Of a stretch of DNA of 37,986 bases, positions 9,344-18,654 are shown piece by piece; position 1 is the stretch's first letter, and every line of letters begins with the position of its first letter. A program made the position numbers and the translations under genes. The notes beneath the pieces are model-generated. The model had not been told where the DNA came from, searched no databases, and saw nothing but the letters and a program-made list of their open reading frames with translations. The stretch is from a virus, in the UHGV virus genome UHGV-0235716. One strand, written 5' to 3'.

Positions 9344-9678
9344 TATGCGCCTACCACCTTTACATGAGGAGTATCACCGAATGCATTGTAATTTACAGAT
9401 GTTACTCGCATATTTTCGCACCCATCCAAGTCCTTTACTGTTTGCATGTCAATTCGGCAATTTCCCTTTACGATATAATCGTCTTTCTTGACTTTTACTT
9501 TTGTTCCAGGTACCCGCACTGTGTACACATCTGCAGATTTCAAACCGTCTGTAGTAACCGATGACTTCTCTTCTTTAAACCACCATGCTTCTGATATGTA
9601 AGTTCTCTTCCACTTATCAAGCCGAGAAGACGGGTCATATTCTCGGCTGTAAATGGTAATATCTGTATTCGTCAGCAT
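9343..9678 (-). CDS. Head closure (stopper) protein
   Basis: MLTNTDITIY...KKDDYIVKG...PHVKVVG; position in the neck module. Confidence 0.7.
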   Translation of the reverse strand: MLTNTDITIYSREYDPSSRLDKWKRTYISEAWWFKEEKSSVTTDGLKSADVYTVRVPGTKVKVKKDDYIVKGNCRIDMQTVKDLDGCENMRVTSVNYNAFGDTPHVKVVGA

Positions 9679-10049
9679 TATTCCACCCCCAGATATAAAA
9701 GTCCTGTATTCAAGAGCCAATATTTCGCAATCGAATACAGCTTTCTTTTCATTGCTGTAACAGAGTTGTCCCCGTCTGTAGTCTCTGTCACATAGCTAAC
9801 AGAATATCCATCGATTGATTCAGATTTCTTTTCCTTCTTTTCGGGAGAATATTGAAACACTGTTTCCGCCATTTCGCAGATGCAATCTTTTACATTCTCA
9901 TACTCAGAAACGTTTTCTACTGTCAATTTCCCATGAGTTATGTTTTTTAAATATGCTTCTGCTTTCTTCTCACTTTTTGAAAATTCTTCTTCTGGAACAG
10001 TATTTCCACCATATTCTCCTACATAATAGATGTAATCTACAATTGCCAT
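9678..10049 (-). CDS. Head-tail connector (adaptor) protein
   Basis: Motifs KSESIDGYSVSY and WLLNTGLLYLGV; RBS AAGGAG. Confidence 0.78.
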   Translation of the reverse strand: MAIVDYIYYVGEYGGNTVPEEEFSKSEKKAEAYLKNITHGKLTVENVSEYENVKDCICEMAETVFQYSPEKKEKKSESIDGYSVSYVTETTDGDNSVTAMKRKLYSIAKYWLLNTGLLYLGVE

Positions 10050-10062
10050 GCCATCAACTCCT

Positions 10063-10362
10063 TTATGCACTTGCCATAATTCCAGCGGCTTTCAGCGCGT
10101 CCAGCAAAGCCTTAAATTCTGCTTTTGTTACATTTGCATCGGCTGCTTCATTTACACGTGCTGCCTGTTTGACTCCTCCAAGAGTTGTCTTGCTTGCCGC
10201 TGGAAGTGTGTATCCACTTCCTTGAATTGTTTTTTTGATAGTGGACCAGTTGTCTGCTATGTACTGTATACAATCTGCAATTTGATTCTCATCGATATCA
10301 TCTACTGTACCGCTGCCTTTCATGGCAACGGTAAGATTCTTAATCGCATCTACAATCTGCAT
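10063..10362 (-). CDS. Head fibre / decoration protein
   Basis: YTLPAASKTTLGGVKQA...EFKALLDALKAAGIMA motif; directly after the capsid gene. Confidence 0.75.
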   Translation of the reverse strand: MQIVDAIKNLTVAMKGSGTVDDIDENQIADCIQYIADNWSTIKKTIQGSGYTLPAASKTTLGGVKQAARVNEAADANVTKAEFKALLDALKAAGIMASA

Positions 10363-10412
10363 CTGTCATTCCTCCTTCTTTTTGCGCCCGCGCAATGTTC
10401 GCGGAACGCTTT

Positions 10413-11408
10413 TTACTCCCCCGCTTTCAAAATAGCAAATGGGAATCTCTCAGCTTCGGTTGCTTTTAATCCATTGATTGGATTCGGAACTTCCCATCCA
10501 AGTCGCATTACAATTCGCAGTGCTACCATATCCTGCTGTGCAAGCGCATATACAACCTCTTTCGTTGATGGATCAACGATGGTAGCTTGATCTAATAATT
10601 TATATGTCACGTCCTGTCGAATAGAGTAAACAAGCTGTGAAAAGTCTCCGGTAATCATAAGAGCCTGTGCTTTATCAAATGCACCGTTACGAGGGAAATC
10701 CATTGGAGAACCGTCTAATGCATAAGATGTCGCACCCTGCATATCTGATTTAAAGATTGGCTGTCCTGTTGAATCTTTCAATCCTCTTAATTTCGCTCTC
10801 ATCGTGACATCTCCCATGTGTCCCGACGGGAAGAAACCTGCTTCTTCTACTTTTGCAATTACACCATCCTCACCCATGATCTTGTCGTATAAGTCGTCGG
10901 ATGTACCAAGCGTTACTACATTATTTGCGTCCGTAGCCCCTTTTACAAGTCCATCACGCCATGTATCTGGTTTCTCAAGATTAAAGAGGACAGCACCGTC
11001 AATTTTTCTTCCAATCGCTTCAATCGCTCTTGGTTTTACTTCTCCCCAAATATCATAGTCTGCATCATCGAGCACTGCTTCCGGGATTGGAATGATAACT
11101 GCAAGCTCCTCTGCTGTAATAAACTTGTTTTTCCATGCCAGTTTTGATGTCTGTTTAAATCCATTGTCACCATTTACCCAATATGCCATTGGCAGCATAT
11201 CTAACACTGGCATACGATATTTTTTCTTTGACATGTTCGGAAGTTTACGTCCCATTCTAAGGACCGTTGACTGCTCTGCTACACCTTGAATGATTTCATT
11301 TGCCACCTGTTCTGAAATAAGTGCTTCTGCACCGGTTCTATCAATCATATCGGATGCTGCATACTTCTGTAGATTTAATGGTTTTCTAATTTTTCCGTTT
11401 CGATTCAT
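10413..11408 (-). CDS. Major capsid protein (HK97 fold)
   Basis: 331 aa; AYWVNG, EELAVIIPIPE, GDFSQ, QQDMVALR; N-terminal LNLQKYA Prp-like site. Confidence 0.93.
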   Translation of the reverse strand: MNRNGKIRKPLNLQKYAASDMIDRTGAEALISEQVANEIIQGVAEQSTVLRMGRKLPNMSKKKYRMPVLDMLPMAYWVNGDNGFKQTSKLAWKNKFITAEELAVIIPIPEAVLDDADYDIWGEVKPRAIEAIGRKIDGAVLFNLEKPDTWRDGLVKGATDANNVVTLGTSDDLYDKIMGEDGVIAKVEEAGFFPSGHMGDVTMRAKLRGLKDSTGQPIFKSDMQGATSYALDGSPMDFPRNGAFDKAQALMITGDFSQLVYSIRQDVTYKLLDQATIVDPSTKEVVYALAQQDMVALRIVMRLGWEVPNPINGLKATEAERFPFAILKAGE

Positions 11409-11423
11409 TTTTTACCTCTCTTT

Positions 11424-12011
11424 CTAACGCCGAAATGCGTTTCTGATCATATTGTTCATTGCTTCATTTTTCGCCTCTGTCCCGCTTGATGCATTCCCTG
11501 TTGTTGCGCCGGTAGACATCTTGTAAGTCTGCCCTGTAAAACGTGGATTCTCTTTCAGGTATTCTTCTGCTGCGGTCTTAAAATCTTTCTTATCTGTAAC
11601 AAGTTTATTGACCTTAAATACCACATAGTCAATATCTTCCTGTTTTACACCTTTTCCAACAAGAATCTTTTCATTTTCATACTGCGTCACTTTTGCAAGC
11701 GCATCATCACGTTCTTTTTGGATCGCTGACACATTTGGCTGTTGCGACTGCTTTTTCTGTCTATAATCAGCCAGTGCCTGTGTCACTTCCTCTTGCGACA
11801 TTCCTTGTTGTTGAAAATAAGACTTTAACGCCGCCTGCTCTGCTCTTTGTGCACGTGCGTTTGCAATTTCTTCTGCCTGCTCATAACTGTATGTGGCATG
11901 GTTGCTGTTTTCACCTGTTTGTGTACCGACATTTCCGCCCTGGTCACCACCAGTGCCGCCTTCGCCGCCGTCAGCGAAAAACTGTAAATTCATAAACATC
12001 CTGTTTTTCAT
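11424..12011 (-). CDS. Capsid scaffolding protein
   Basis: ATG 12011 after GGAGG; MNLQFFA Prp cleavage motif, Gly-rich linker, coiled coil. Confidence 0.85.
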   Translation of the reverse strand: MKNRMFMNLQFFADGGEGGTGGDQGGNVGTQTGENSNHATYSYEQAEEIANARAQRAEQAALKSYFQQQGMSQEEVTQALADYRQKKQSQQPNVSAIQKERDDALAKVTQYENEKILVGKGVKQEDIDYVVFKVNKLVTDKKDFKTAAEEYLKENPRFTGQTYKMSTGATTGNASSGTEAKNEAMNNMIRNAFRR

Positions 12012-12081
12012 TTTTCTATTCCTCCTGTGAGTGTTTTCCATAGCTTTTACAGTCATCATGGTTTGGACAAAATAAAAACAC

Positions 12082-12393
12082 CTATGTTTCAAGGTGTAAT
12101 TTAACATAATCTGGATAGGCCTCTTCTAATCTGCTAATCCCATTTTCAAAAACAGACAATACGACGTCCGTATATTCGTTCGGATTGATTAGCGTAATAG
12201 ATGCATGTTCATTTATATACTGTGTCTTCGAAATTAAAACTTTCATATTTTCGAGTGATACAAGCATAGAATCCTCTAATGCTGATACAGCCGCGCACAC
12301 GATATCTTTCCCATTCGTTGCGTAATTTGCATGCCCTGTTATTTCATATTCGTTGTAATGATTCCCGCTCTTTCTAATATACACATTAATCAA
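12082..12393 (-). CDS. prp: Phage-encoded Prp-family cysteine protease (DUF464)
   Basis: GHANY...GKDIVCAAVS His/Cys signature; adjacent to the scaffold carrying NLQFFA. Confidence 0.88.
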   Translation of the reverse strand: MINVYIRKSGNHYNEYEITGHANYATNGKDIVCAAVSALEDSMLVSLENMKVLISKTQYINEHASITLINPNEYTDVVLSVFENGISRLEEAYPDYVKLHLET

Positions 12394-12457
12394 ATAGCTT
12401 CACTCCTTTTCCAATTAAATTTTTCTTTGTCATGTTATCCACATCCTAAAAATGTGT

Positions 12458-12494
12458 ACAAAAATACCACTCACTCTGAAGAATGAATGGTATT
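12458..12494 (-). terminator. Intrinsic terminator after the toxin-immunity pair
   Basis: AATACCATTCA...TGAGTGGTATT stem followed by a T-run on the minus strand. Confidence 0.6.
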
Positions 12495-12753
12495 AATTAC
12501 TATAATGTCTCTGATGAAGAATTTCATCGTACAGTCTATACAACTTCTTACCTAAATTATTAACGGTTTCTTGCTGGTCTAAACCTCGATATACGATTTC
12601 ATCGTTTACTAAAAGTTGCAGCTCTTCTATATCTGATACTTCCAACTCTTTAACGTCAGAGTCTAGTTTCCGTTGATTCGAAATCAAAGATTGCGCGTCT
12701 TCAACTTCTTCCAAGAGAAGTTTTGACATCTCATTATTTAATTTTATGATCAT
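12493..12753 (-). CDS. Putative immunity protein for the MuF toxin
   Basis: Small acidic 86-aa ORF starting 12 nt after the toxin gene, with GGGAGG RBS; motif RGLDQQETVNNLGKKLYRLYD. Confidence 0.65.
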   Translation of the reverse strand: MIIKLNNEMSKLLLEEVEDAQSLISNQRKLDSDVKELEVSDIEELQLLVNDEIVYRGLDQQETVNNLGKKLYRLYDEILHQRHYSN

Positions 12754-12765
12754 ATCATCGCCTCC

Positions 12766-14448
12766 CTATTGCGGATTACACTGAATTAGAATGCCTGTCT
12801 TTGGATTTACCGATACAATACATTTATCTGTAACAAATTTAACACTATCAGGATCTCTTTTTCTCGTCCTGACTTGCCCGTACAAAAGTGCATACCGTAT
12901 ATCCTCAATTTCAACTCCGCTTCTTGGTCTTTCAGTCTTCGGGTCTTCTTTTGTCCCTATGACACGTTCTATAAAATGTTTGCTCTGTCCTGAAATTCTT
13001 ATCCCATTGGATGTCCTCATACCAACAATATTCTTTTCTATTTTGCCATGCAATTTTTTATAATTTTTAAATCCAGATAATGGAGATATCATTCCGTTTT
13101 CAACAGATTTTTTATAATCTGTCAACAAACTGAACTCTTTAGGTTTATTATACTTCATCTGCCGGAAATCAGCAAGACTTGCAAACTCATCTCCAACAAT
13201 ATTTTTGTAACTATAATACTGTTTTGAATCTCTGTCAGCATTCCGAATCATATCAGAAGTGTACCGTGCATTTTGCATCTTCGTATTCGTTGCTATTCTT
13301 CCACGCATATCATAATAAATACGCTCACGTTCTTCTGTCAGCCCCATTTTTTGACAGAACCTCGAATATTCATTGAGCTGTCCTTGATATTTTGCCCTTG
13401 CAAGCATCACATCATCTGATTCAGCACCGCCCGCCTGTAAAAGCTGTACTTTTTCACGTTGTGCTCTCATAGCTGTTTCCATCTGTCTCTGACGCTGTTT
13501 TGCTTCATACAAGGTGTACTCTTTGTCGTTAAATGTCTTTGGAGTATTCTCCTTGCGATTCTGCTCTTCCAACCACTCGTCAGTCCAGTTCCTTGCAGAT
13601 ATCCCAAGAATAAAAGGATAATAAGTGTGATAACAGTTTGCTCCAAGTAATCCGGTAACACTTCCCAGTCCACATACAGTTATAAGCTCTTCTTTGCTCC
13701 AAACTCTTCCTTGCCACGTCGCATGAGTTGGACGGGCTCCAGCGTGCCATTCCACCTCAAAATGCTCTGTTCCAAGTTTTTTAGCGTTCATTTCGGATAT
13801 TTTTCCGGATAATTGTGATACTCCAGTCATAACCGCTCTACGAGCAGCCACATCCACTCTGTTTGCTCTTCCGGATGCGTAATCAATCTTTCGAAGTCCA
13901 CTGTTTGTTAACTGCGTCACAACTCTTCGTAGGACACTGTTGTAATCAAACGCCCCGGACACAATATCCATACAGGCAGCATCCAAATACTTCTGATACA
14001 CCTCTGCCAATGGTGTCAACACTGGCTTTCCGTTTCCATAATCAAGATAGAAACCAAGAGACTTCGTGATGTTTTTTAATTCCTCACTACTCTGTCTAAT
14101 AAGTGCCTCGGCGATCTGCTGCAACTCCTCGTTGTCTTCGTAAGGAATAAACTCTGCATTAATCTGTTCATAGATATCTTTGTTTCGAACGTATTCCCAG
14201 TCAATGACTTTATCATACAGTTCGAACATTTCCGGGTAAGATTTACCTAACGTTTCTTTCAGCATCTGTTCGATGTCCTCGGACGAATATCCAAGAATCC
14301 GTAACCGGTTTATCTGCCAGTCTGCTGTGCTTGTAATTTCCCCGCTTCGTCTGATTCGTCGAGCAATATCTTCCATGATCCGCATTTCCAAATTAGAGAA
14401 GCGTTTCTCAATCTTGCTTGATAATTGTTTCTTGTAATCTTCCCTCAA
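12766..14448 (-). CDS. Minor capsid protein (MuF-like) with C-terminal putative toxin domain
   Basis: Follows the portal; HAGARPTH...WQGRV...GLLGANCYH core. About 170-aa extension ending SKHFIERVIG...VSVNPKTGILIQCNP. Confidence 0.85.
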   Translation of the reverse strand: MREDYKKQLSSKIEKRFSNLEMRIMEDIARRIRRSGEITSTADWQINRLRILGYSSEDIEQMLKETLGKSYPEMFELYDKVIDWEYVRNKDIYEQINAEFIPYEDNEELQQIAEALIRQSSEELKNITKSLGFYLDYGNGKPVLTPLAEVYQKYLDAACMDIVSGAFDYNSVLRRVVTQLTNSGLRKIDYASGRANRVDVAARRAVMTGVSQLSGKISEMNAKKLGTEHFEVEWHAGARPTHATWQGRVWSKEELITVCGLGSVTGLLGANCYHTYYPFILGISARNWTDEWLEEQNRKENTPKTFNDKEYTLYEAKQRQRQMETAMRAQREKVQLLQAGGAESDDVMLARAKYQGQLNEYSRFCQKMGLTEERERIYYDMRGRIATNTKMQNARYTSDMIRNADRDSKQYYSYKNIVGDEFASLADFRQMKYNKPKEFSLLTDYKKSVENGMISPLSGFKNYKKLHGKIEKNIVGMRTSNGIRISGQSKHFIERVIGTKEDPKTERPRSGVEIEDIRYALLYGQVRTRKRDPDSVKFVTDKCIVSVNPKTGILIQCNPQ

Positions 14449-14457
14449 TCAAATCAC

Positions 14458-15891
14458 CTACTCCATAACCTTATTTTGTTCAGGCAGGTTCTTAAGTGCC
14501 TCATCTTTTGTTTCTCCATACCATTTTGCACGGTATTCTTCATGACGCATCACTCCCATGCTCACATCTTGCATGTCCTGTTTGCGTTCCGATGCTTTGT
14601 CTTCGATAATCGAATCATCAAAATCAATCGTTATTTCAACATCTTCTGAAAGTCCTGGAATTCTTAGTACTACTCCAAGCCGGATTATGATTCTTATCAA
14701 ATCTTTTATGACGCTTTCTAAGATTATCTCATGTTTTTTAAGGCTTCTGTACATATCAGAATTATCACTAATAACCTGTGTGGCGGTTGTAACGCTTCCG
14801 CGGTCAAATCTGTATCTTTCCGTACCAAATCCGCATTTAAAGGATAGGAAATTCAAGTCGTCATTGATTGCCTTACTGTGTTCTTCTGCTCTTAACTCCA
14901 TATTCACTTCGTAAATAGGATTATTTCCCATCTCTGTGTCCTCCGGAAGTTGATAGAACACTGTGTCATTTTCATCAAACGCCGGATTTCCATCAATATC
15001 AGAAAGCATTTCCGGCGCAACAAATATCCTCTTTCTTCCAAGGTTAAACTCATTCGCATAAGAGTCATATTCCATATCTATCTTGGCCAATGTATCAATC
15101 GAATTTGCAAAGATACTAACTCCCATTGGATTTGTATCATCCTCATCCGAATTATTTACAATATTTAACCGGTCGATAACAAACTGTGGCTTATCAGAAC
15201 CGGTCTCTATAATCGGCGATATACCTGCAAATGGCTTTAACTCTCCCCATTTTTCGTGCGGTATCTCTGTACCGGCTCCACTTGTACACTGCACTACATG
15301 ATTTTCTATAAAGTACTGCTGCGCACCGCCTTTTTCTCCAAGTCTATGTATTTGTATCAATGCATATTTTTTTCTTTCTACCGTTTTCGGAAAAAGAAAT
15401 GCCACCTCTGCAATTTCTCCATTCTCCCAAGAAATCGGGAAGATATTTTTTGCTTGCAGGTAATTAATACATATGTTTCCGCCGGATACATTTCCCTCTT
15501 CATCGGTTTGTGCGTCTTTGATCTGCGCAATATATGCAACTGTGCCTGTACATGCTTTTCGTTCCTGATAATCGTTTCCCTTCACGAGGAACTTATTTTT
15601 TTCAAGTACTTTCTGTACAAAGTCATTCGTTGCATCTGAATTTCCAACCGTAATCTTCACACGTTCATTCAGCAACAAGTCTGCCATATCTTCGCACAGC
15701 TTTTTCGCCATACATAAACTCAATCTTCTGCAGCGAATCTGATTTTTCCCATTGTATACATAATAGCGATGGATTTTCTGCACGTCTCCATTATACCAGT
15801 TTTCCCATTTCTTAATCTGCGAATAAAACGAAGAATCTACCGTATCAATTCCTAGTTTTTTAAAGTATGTAAATATATTAATCGTTCTCAC
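14458..15891 (-). CDS. Portal protein (A118/SPP1 gp6-like)
   Basis: 477 aa after the terminase; GVSIFAN, TATQVIS, IDFDDSII motifs. Confidence 0.92.
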   Translation of the reverse strand: MRTINIFTYFKKLGIDTVDSSFYSQIKKWENWYNGDVQKIHRYYVYNGKNQIRCRRLSLCMAKKLCEDMADLLLNERVKITVGNSDATNDFVQKVLEKNKFLVKGNDYQERKACTGTVAYIAQIKDAQTDEEGNVSGGNICINYLQAKNIFPISWENGEIAEVAFLFPKTVERKKYALIQIHRLGEKGGAQQYFIENHVVQCTSGAGTEIPHEKWGELKPFAGISPIIETGSDKPQFVIDRLNIVNNSDEDDTNPMGVSIFANSIDTLAKIDMEYDSYANEFNLGRKRIFVAPEMLSDIDGNPAFDENDTVFYQLPEDTEMGNNPIYEVNMELRAEEHSKAINDDLNFLSFKCGFGTERYRFDRGSVTTATQVISDNSDMYRSLKKHEIILESVIKDLIRIIIRLGVVLRIPGLSEDVEITIDFDDSIIEDKASERKQDMQDVSMGVMRHEEYRAKWYGETKDEALKNLPEQNKVME

Positions 15892-17614
15892 CTCTTTCTC
15901 CTTCAGGAAGGAAGTATTTAATTTTTGTCCACAGTCCCATCACCAAGTATCTCCAGGCATCGCAACAATGATCATCTATTTTCATCGGTTTTTCTTTTCC
16001 TGATTCTACAGATTTTGGATCATACTCATATGTTCCCATCTCTCGAATCAAGTTTTCTTGTCGCTCCGATATCGTCATGATCTGATAAGTAAGGCACTTC
16101 TGCACTCTCTGTATTCCGATGCTCACATCATTTTCTGCATCTTTGATTATGATGTTGTATTTTCTACTTTGCATCGCTATACGCTTAATTTCCTCTGCTA
16201 ATCCTTTCGCCGATGGGTCTATGTAAATATAAAAAGCACCGCACGAATACTCTTCATGCAATGCATCTGTAAAAGAAATCATCTCTTTCGCATAGTCAGA
16301 CGGGCTTTTCTGCTTTCCGGAATCTCTTCCTGAATGAAAGAATTCCCCAAGCCCTTCTATTCGCCGCTTGCTGATATTCACTCCTGCAGCTTGATATGTT
16401 GTAGCGTTCTGCTGTCCATAGTCCACTCCAATTCCGATGATTTTGTAATACCTAGCTTCCGGTTCTTTACGATGGTTGTCGTTGAACATGTAATAAATCA
16501 AATCATCAACACCAACACATTCTCCAAGCCATACCCAGCGATATAACCTGTAATCTGTTTCTTTTAGAAGTTCTGCTGATTCCAGTAATTTCTTTCCAAT
16601 CCAGCTTATTGGAACATCTCGATAGTCTACATGCTTATGGACCGCATCAGATCTCATTTCCATTTTTAGACACCAAACATTAATCGGTGCATTTGGATTC
16701 TTCGGAGGATTGTACAAGTAAACCATACGGAATCCTTCATCATTTCCACGAACAAAAGTAGCCTCGATATTGGTTAATTCATCCTCACCTTCTCCGACAT
16801 CAAAGAATTCCGTTAGCTCATCTAAAATTACAAGACGTATCGGCTTGTCCTCGTCAATAATACCTTTCGTATCATCGATGCTATCAGATCCGGAGAAATA
16901 GATTACATTCCCATTCTTTTTGTATCGAATTTCCATCGGAGAGACTCCAATATCAAAATCATCTTTACTCATACCAAGACGTCCGATAGCACGAATCATT
17001 TCTTTGTACACCGTCTTACGCAACTTATTATGTCGCTTACGGAGAACGACAACTGCTGCCGGCTCATCTCCAACAATCGTACTGATTCCCAAAATCCCGG
17101 AAAAACTTGACTTCGTTCCGGCACGACCAGATGTAATGATCTGATGCTCATGTTCTGTATCATCTAGTATGTCCCAAAACTCCGGAATCACAACTTCATG
17201 TGGATCTTTCATGCCGGATTCAGTTTCTTCCACAAGTTCTTCTTGCTTCTGTACTTTCTCTTTTTGAGCCTGCATCAAATTGATTTTAGCCATCTGCTCT
17301 TCCAAATCCGTATCGGTCCGAGTGCTCTGCCCTGCATACTTCGCGATTGCTTCATATGCCTTCACATTTCCGGCAAGTCCCTCTTTAATCATTGCCATAT
17401 TTAAAGCCGACTCCAAAGTACACTCAACTCCAAGTGCCTCCAGTACCGGCTTCCATTCAGGACTATCTATTTCAGCGGTAAGCAGCATGTTTAGCGTCTT
17501 CCGGAAGTCTGCTTTCCTACGCCTTGCTTCTCCACTTGCTTTACCGCCATTTCTTCCACGTTCTCTTGCTTCGCTCTTGGTTCGCACTGGTTTTAAGTTC
17601 TTTTCATTGGCCAC
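15878..17614 (-). CDS. Terminase: PBSX-family large subunit fused to an N-terminal small-subunit-like domain
   Basis: GTG 17614 after AGGTGGTGA. N-terminal ERGRNGGKASGEARRRK; Walker A SGRAGTKS; Walker B LVILDE; nuclease motifs GVDYG and DDHCCDAWRY. Confidence 0.9.
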   Translation of the reverse strand: MANEKNLKPVRTKSEARERGRNGGKASGEARRRKADFRKTLNMLLTAEIDSPEWKPVLEALGVECTLESALNMAMIKEGLAGNVKAYEAIAKYAGQSTRTDTDLEEQMAKINLMQAQKEKVQKQEELVEETESGMKDPHEVVIPEFWDILDDTEHEHQIITSGRAGTKSSFSGILGISTIVGDEPAAVVVLRKRHNKLRKTVYKEMIRAIGRLGMSKDDFDIGVSPMEIRYKKNGNVIYFSGSDSIDDTKGIIDEDKPIRLVILDELTEFFDVGEGEDELTNIEATFVRGNDEGFRMVYLYNPPKNPNAPINVWCLKMEMRSDAVHKHVDYRDVPISWIGKKLLESAELLKETDYRLYRWVWLGECVGVDDLIYYMFNDNHRKEPEARYYKIIGIGVDYGQQNATTYQAAGVNISKRRIEGLGEFFHSGRDSGKQKSPSDYAKEMISFTDALHEEYSCGAFYIYIDPSAKGLAEEIKRIAMQSRKYNIIIKDAENDVSIGIQRVQKCLTYQIMTISERQENLIREMGTYEYDPKSVESGKEKPMKIDDHCCDAWRYLVMGLWTKIKYFLPEGERGEND

Positions 17615-17650
17615 TTCACCACCTTCCAATCTATCAATTTTTTCTATCTC

Positions 17651-17722
17651 TGGATACAACAGGAATCGAACCTGTGACATATTCACTACGAGTGAAGTGC
17701 TCTACCACTGAGCTATGTATCC
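17651..17722 (-). tRNA. tRNA with anticodon CGT (Thr), atypical; no encoded CCA
   Basis: GGATACA-TA-GCTC-AGTGGTA-GAGC-A-CTTCA-CTCGTAG-TGAAT-ATGTC-ACAGG-TTCGATT-CCTGT-TGTATCC-A folds as a 72-nt cloverleaf. Confidence 0.85.
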
Positions 17723-17737
17723 GTATTTATTCCCACG

Positions 17738-17772
17738 AAAAAACGCCACAGCTATTGCCATGACGTCTTTTT
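17738..17772 (-). terminator. Terminator-like hairpin in the late-operon leader
   Basis: GACGTCATGGC-AATA-GCTGTGGCGTT followed by TTTT. Confidence 0.5.
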
Positions 17773-17830
17773 GATTCTACCAAAGTTACGAGGGGAAAGT
17801 CGAAAAGTTAATTCCAACTTCTCTAAAATA

Positions 17831-17865
17831 ATTATAGCATACTATTTTTGTGAAAAGTGTGAAAG
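17831..17865 (-). promoter_or_regulatory. Late promoter with activator-binding direct repeats
   Basis: TTTCACA x2 (9-nt period, 17849-17864) replaces the -35; extended -10 TGCTATAAT (17831-17839); located at the 3' end of the activator gene. Confidence 0.7.
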
Positions 17866-18282
17866 TTTCAAATATCCATTGATTTTTTTTGATACATAAC
17901 TTCGGTCTATATTGAACTGTTTTGCAACCTCTCTCTGCTTTTTCCCTTCTACATACAGCAATTCAAAAATCTCTTTTATTTCCGCATCCTCTATCCCGTC
18001 AAGAAACTCTTCCACCTCTTGAATCTCTGCCAACACATGCAGGCGTTCTGCTTCTTTTTTCCTGATCTGCTTGTTTATTCGCTCCTGTTCATCCGGATCA
18101 GGTATCATCACAGATGTCCTAACTTCCGTATAGGGAAAATCTTTACTTGACCCACGAACCTTTCCCATCACTTCTCCTGCCGGCTCAGTCTCACAGAGTT
18201 CTGATATCCTCTCTTCTATACGCTTAAGTCTCGCTTTGTTCGGTATGTACTTTTTCAGTTTTTGCTTGTCCACCGGCACCAC
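17842..18282 (-). CDS. Late transcriptional activator (RinA/ArpU-like, sigma70 region-4 HTH)
   Basis: Last gene before the packaging module; C-terminal IFELLYVEGKKQREVAKQFNIDRSYVSK. Confidence 0.8.
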   Translation of the reverse strand: MVPVDKQKLKKYIPNKARLKRIEERISELCETEPAGEVMGKVRGSSKDFPYTEVRTSVMIPDPDEQERINKQIRKKEAERLHVLAEIQEVEEFLDGIEDAEIKEIFELLYVEGKKQREVAKQFNIDRSYVSKKINGYLKLSHFSQK

Positions 18283-18445
18283 CTCCCTTATGTATTTTCC
18301 TGATGTAGTCCATTACCTCGATGCTTTGATATGCCTGACGATGAAATGCAGCACTTGCATCATCAGGAGGCTTACTCGTCTCCATCTCGGCATAATGACT
18401 GTTTTGCTCAATTTTCTGCTCATCGCTTGTGCGTTTGCGTTTCAA
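18224..18445 (-). CDS. Hypothetical protein
   Basis: TTG start with GAGGTGG RBS; co-oriented with the operon. Confidence 0.55.
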   Translation of the reverse strand: MKRKRTSDEQKIEQNSHYAEMETSKPPDDASAAFHRQAYQSIEVMDYIRKIHKGGGAGGQAKTEKVHTEQSET

Positions 18446-18477
18446 ATTACCACCTCACTTTCTTGGGGCAACGGCAC

Positions 18478-18654
18478 TTAAGACCGTGCTCCGCTGTCCT
18501 CTTTAAACGCTTTGCTCCGTCGTATATATGCATACAAATCTTCAATACCCTGTTTGTATCCATCACAGTATGCTCTTTCTTTTTCTACTGTTCTTGTGTA
18601 TTTCATTTCTGCGTCGCTTTGCATTTTATTTACAATGTTTTCCAGGTTGTCCAC
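18478..18654 (-). CDS. Hypothetical 58-aa protein
   Basis: GTG after AGGAGG; MDNLENIVNKMQSDAEMKY...AYCDGYKQGIEDL. Confidence 0.6.
   Translation of the reverse strand: MDNLENIVNKMQSDAEMKYTRTVEKERAYCDGYKQGIEDLYAYIRRSKAFKEDSGARS

Noticed and set aside
10362..10425. Programmed -1 frameshift fusing capsid to head fibre at GCG GGG GAG TAA plus hairpin
   Set aside because: The -1 frame matches the head-fibre frame but hits TGA at 10368-10366 before its ATG.
12435..12443. Perfect DnaA box TTATCCACA
   Set aside because: Only one copy noticed, far from the replication module; a single 9-mer is plausible by chance in an AT-rich 38-kb genome.
17615..17686. ORF-track N-terminal extension of the terminase
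   Set aside because: It overlaps the tRNA; the GTG at 17614 has a proper SD.
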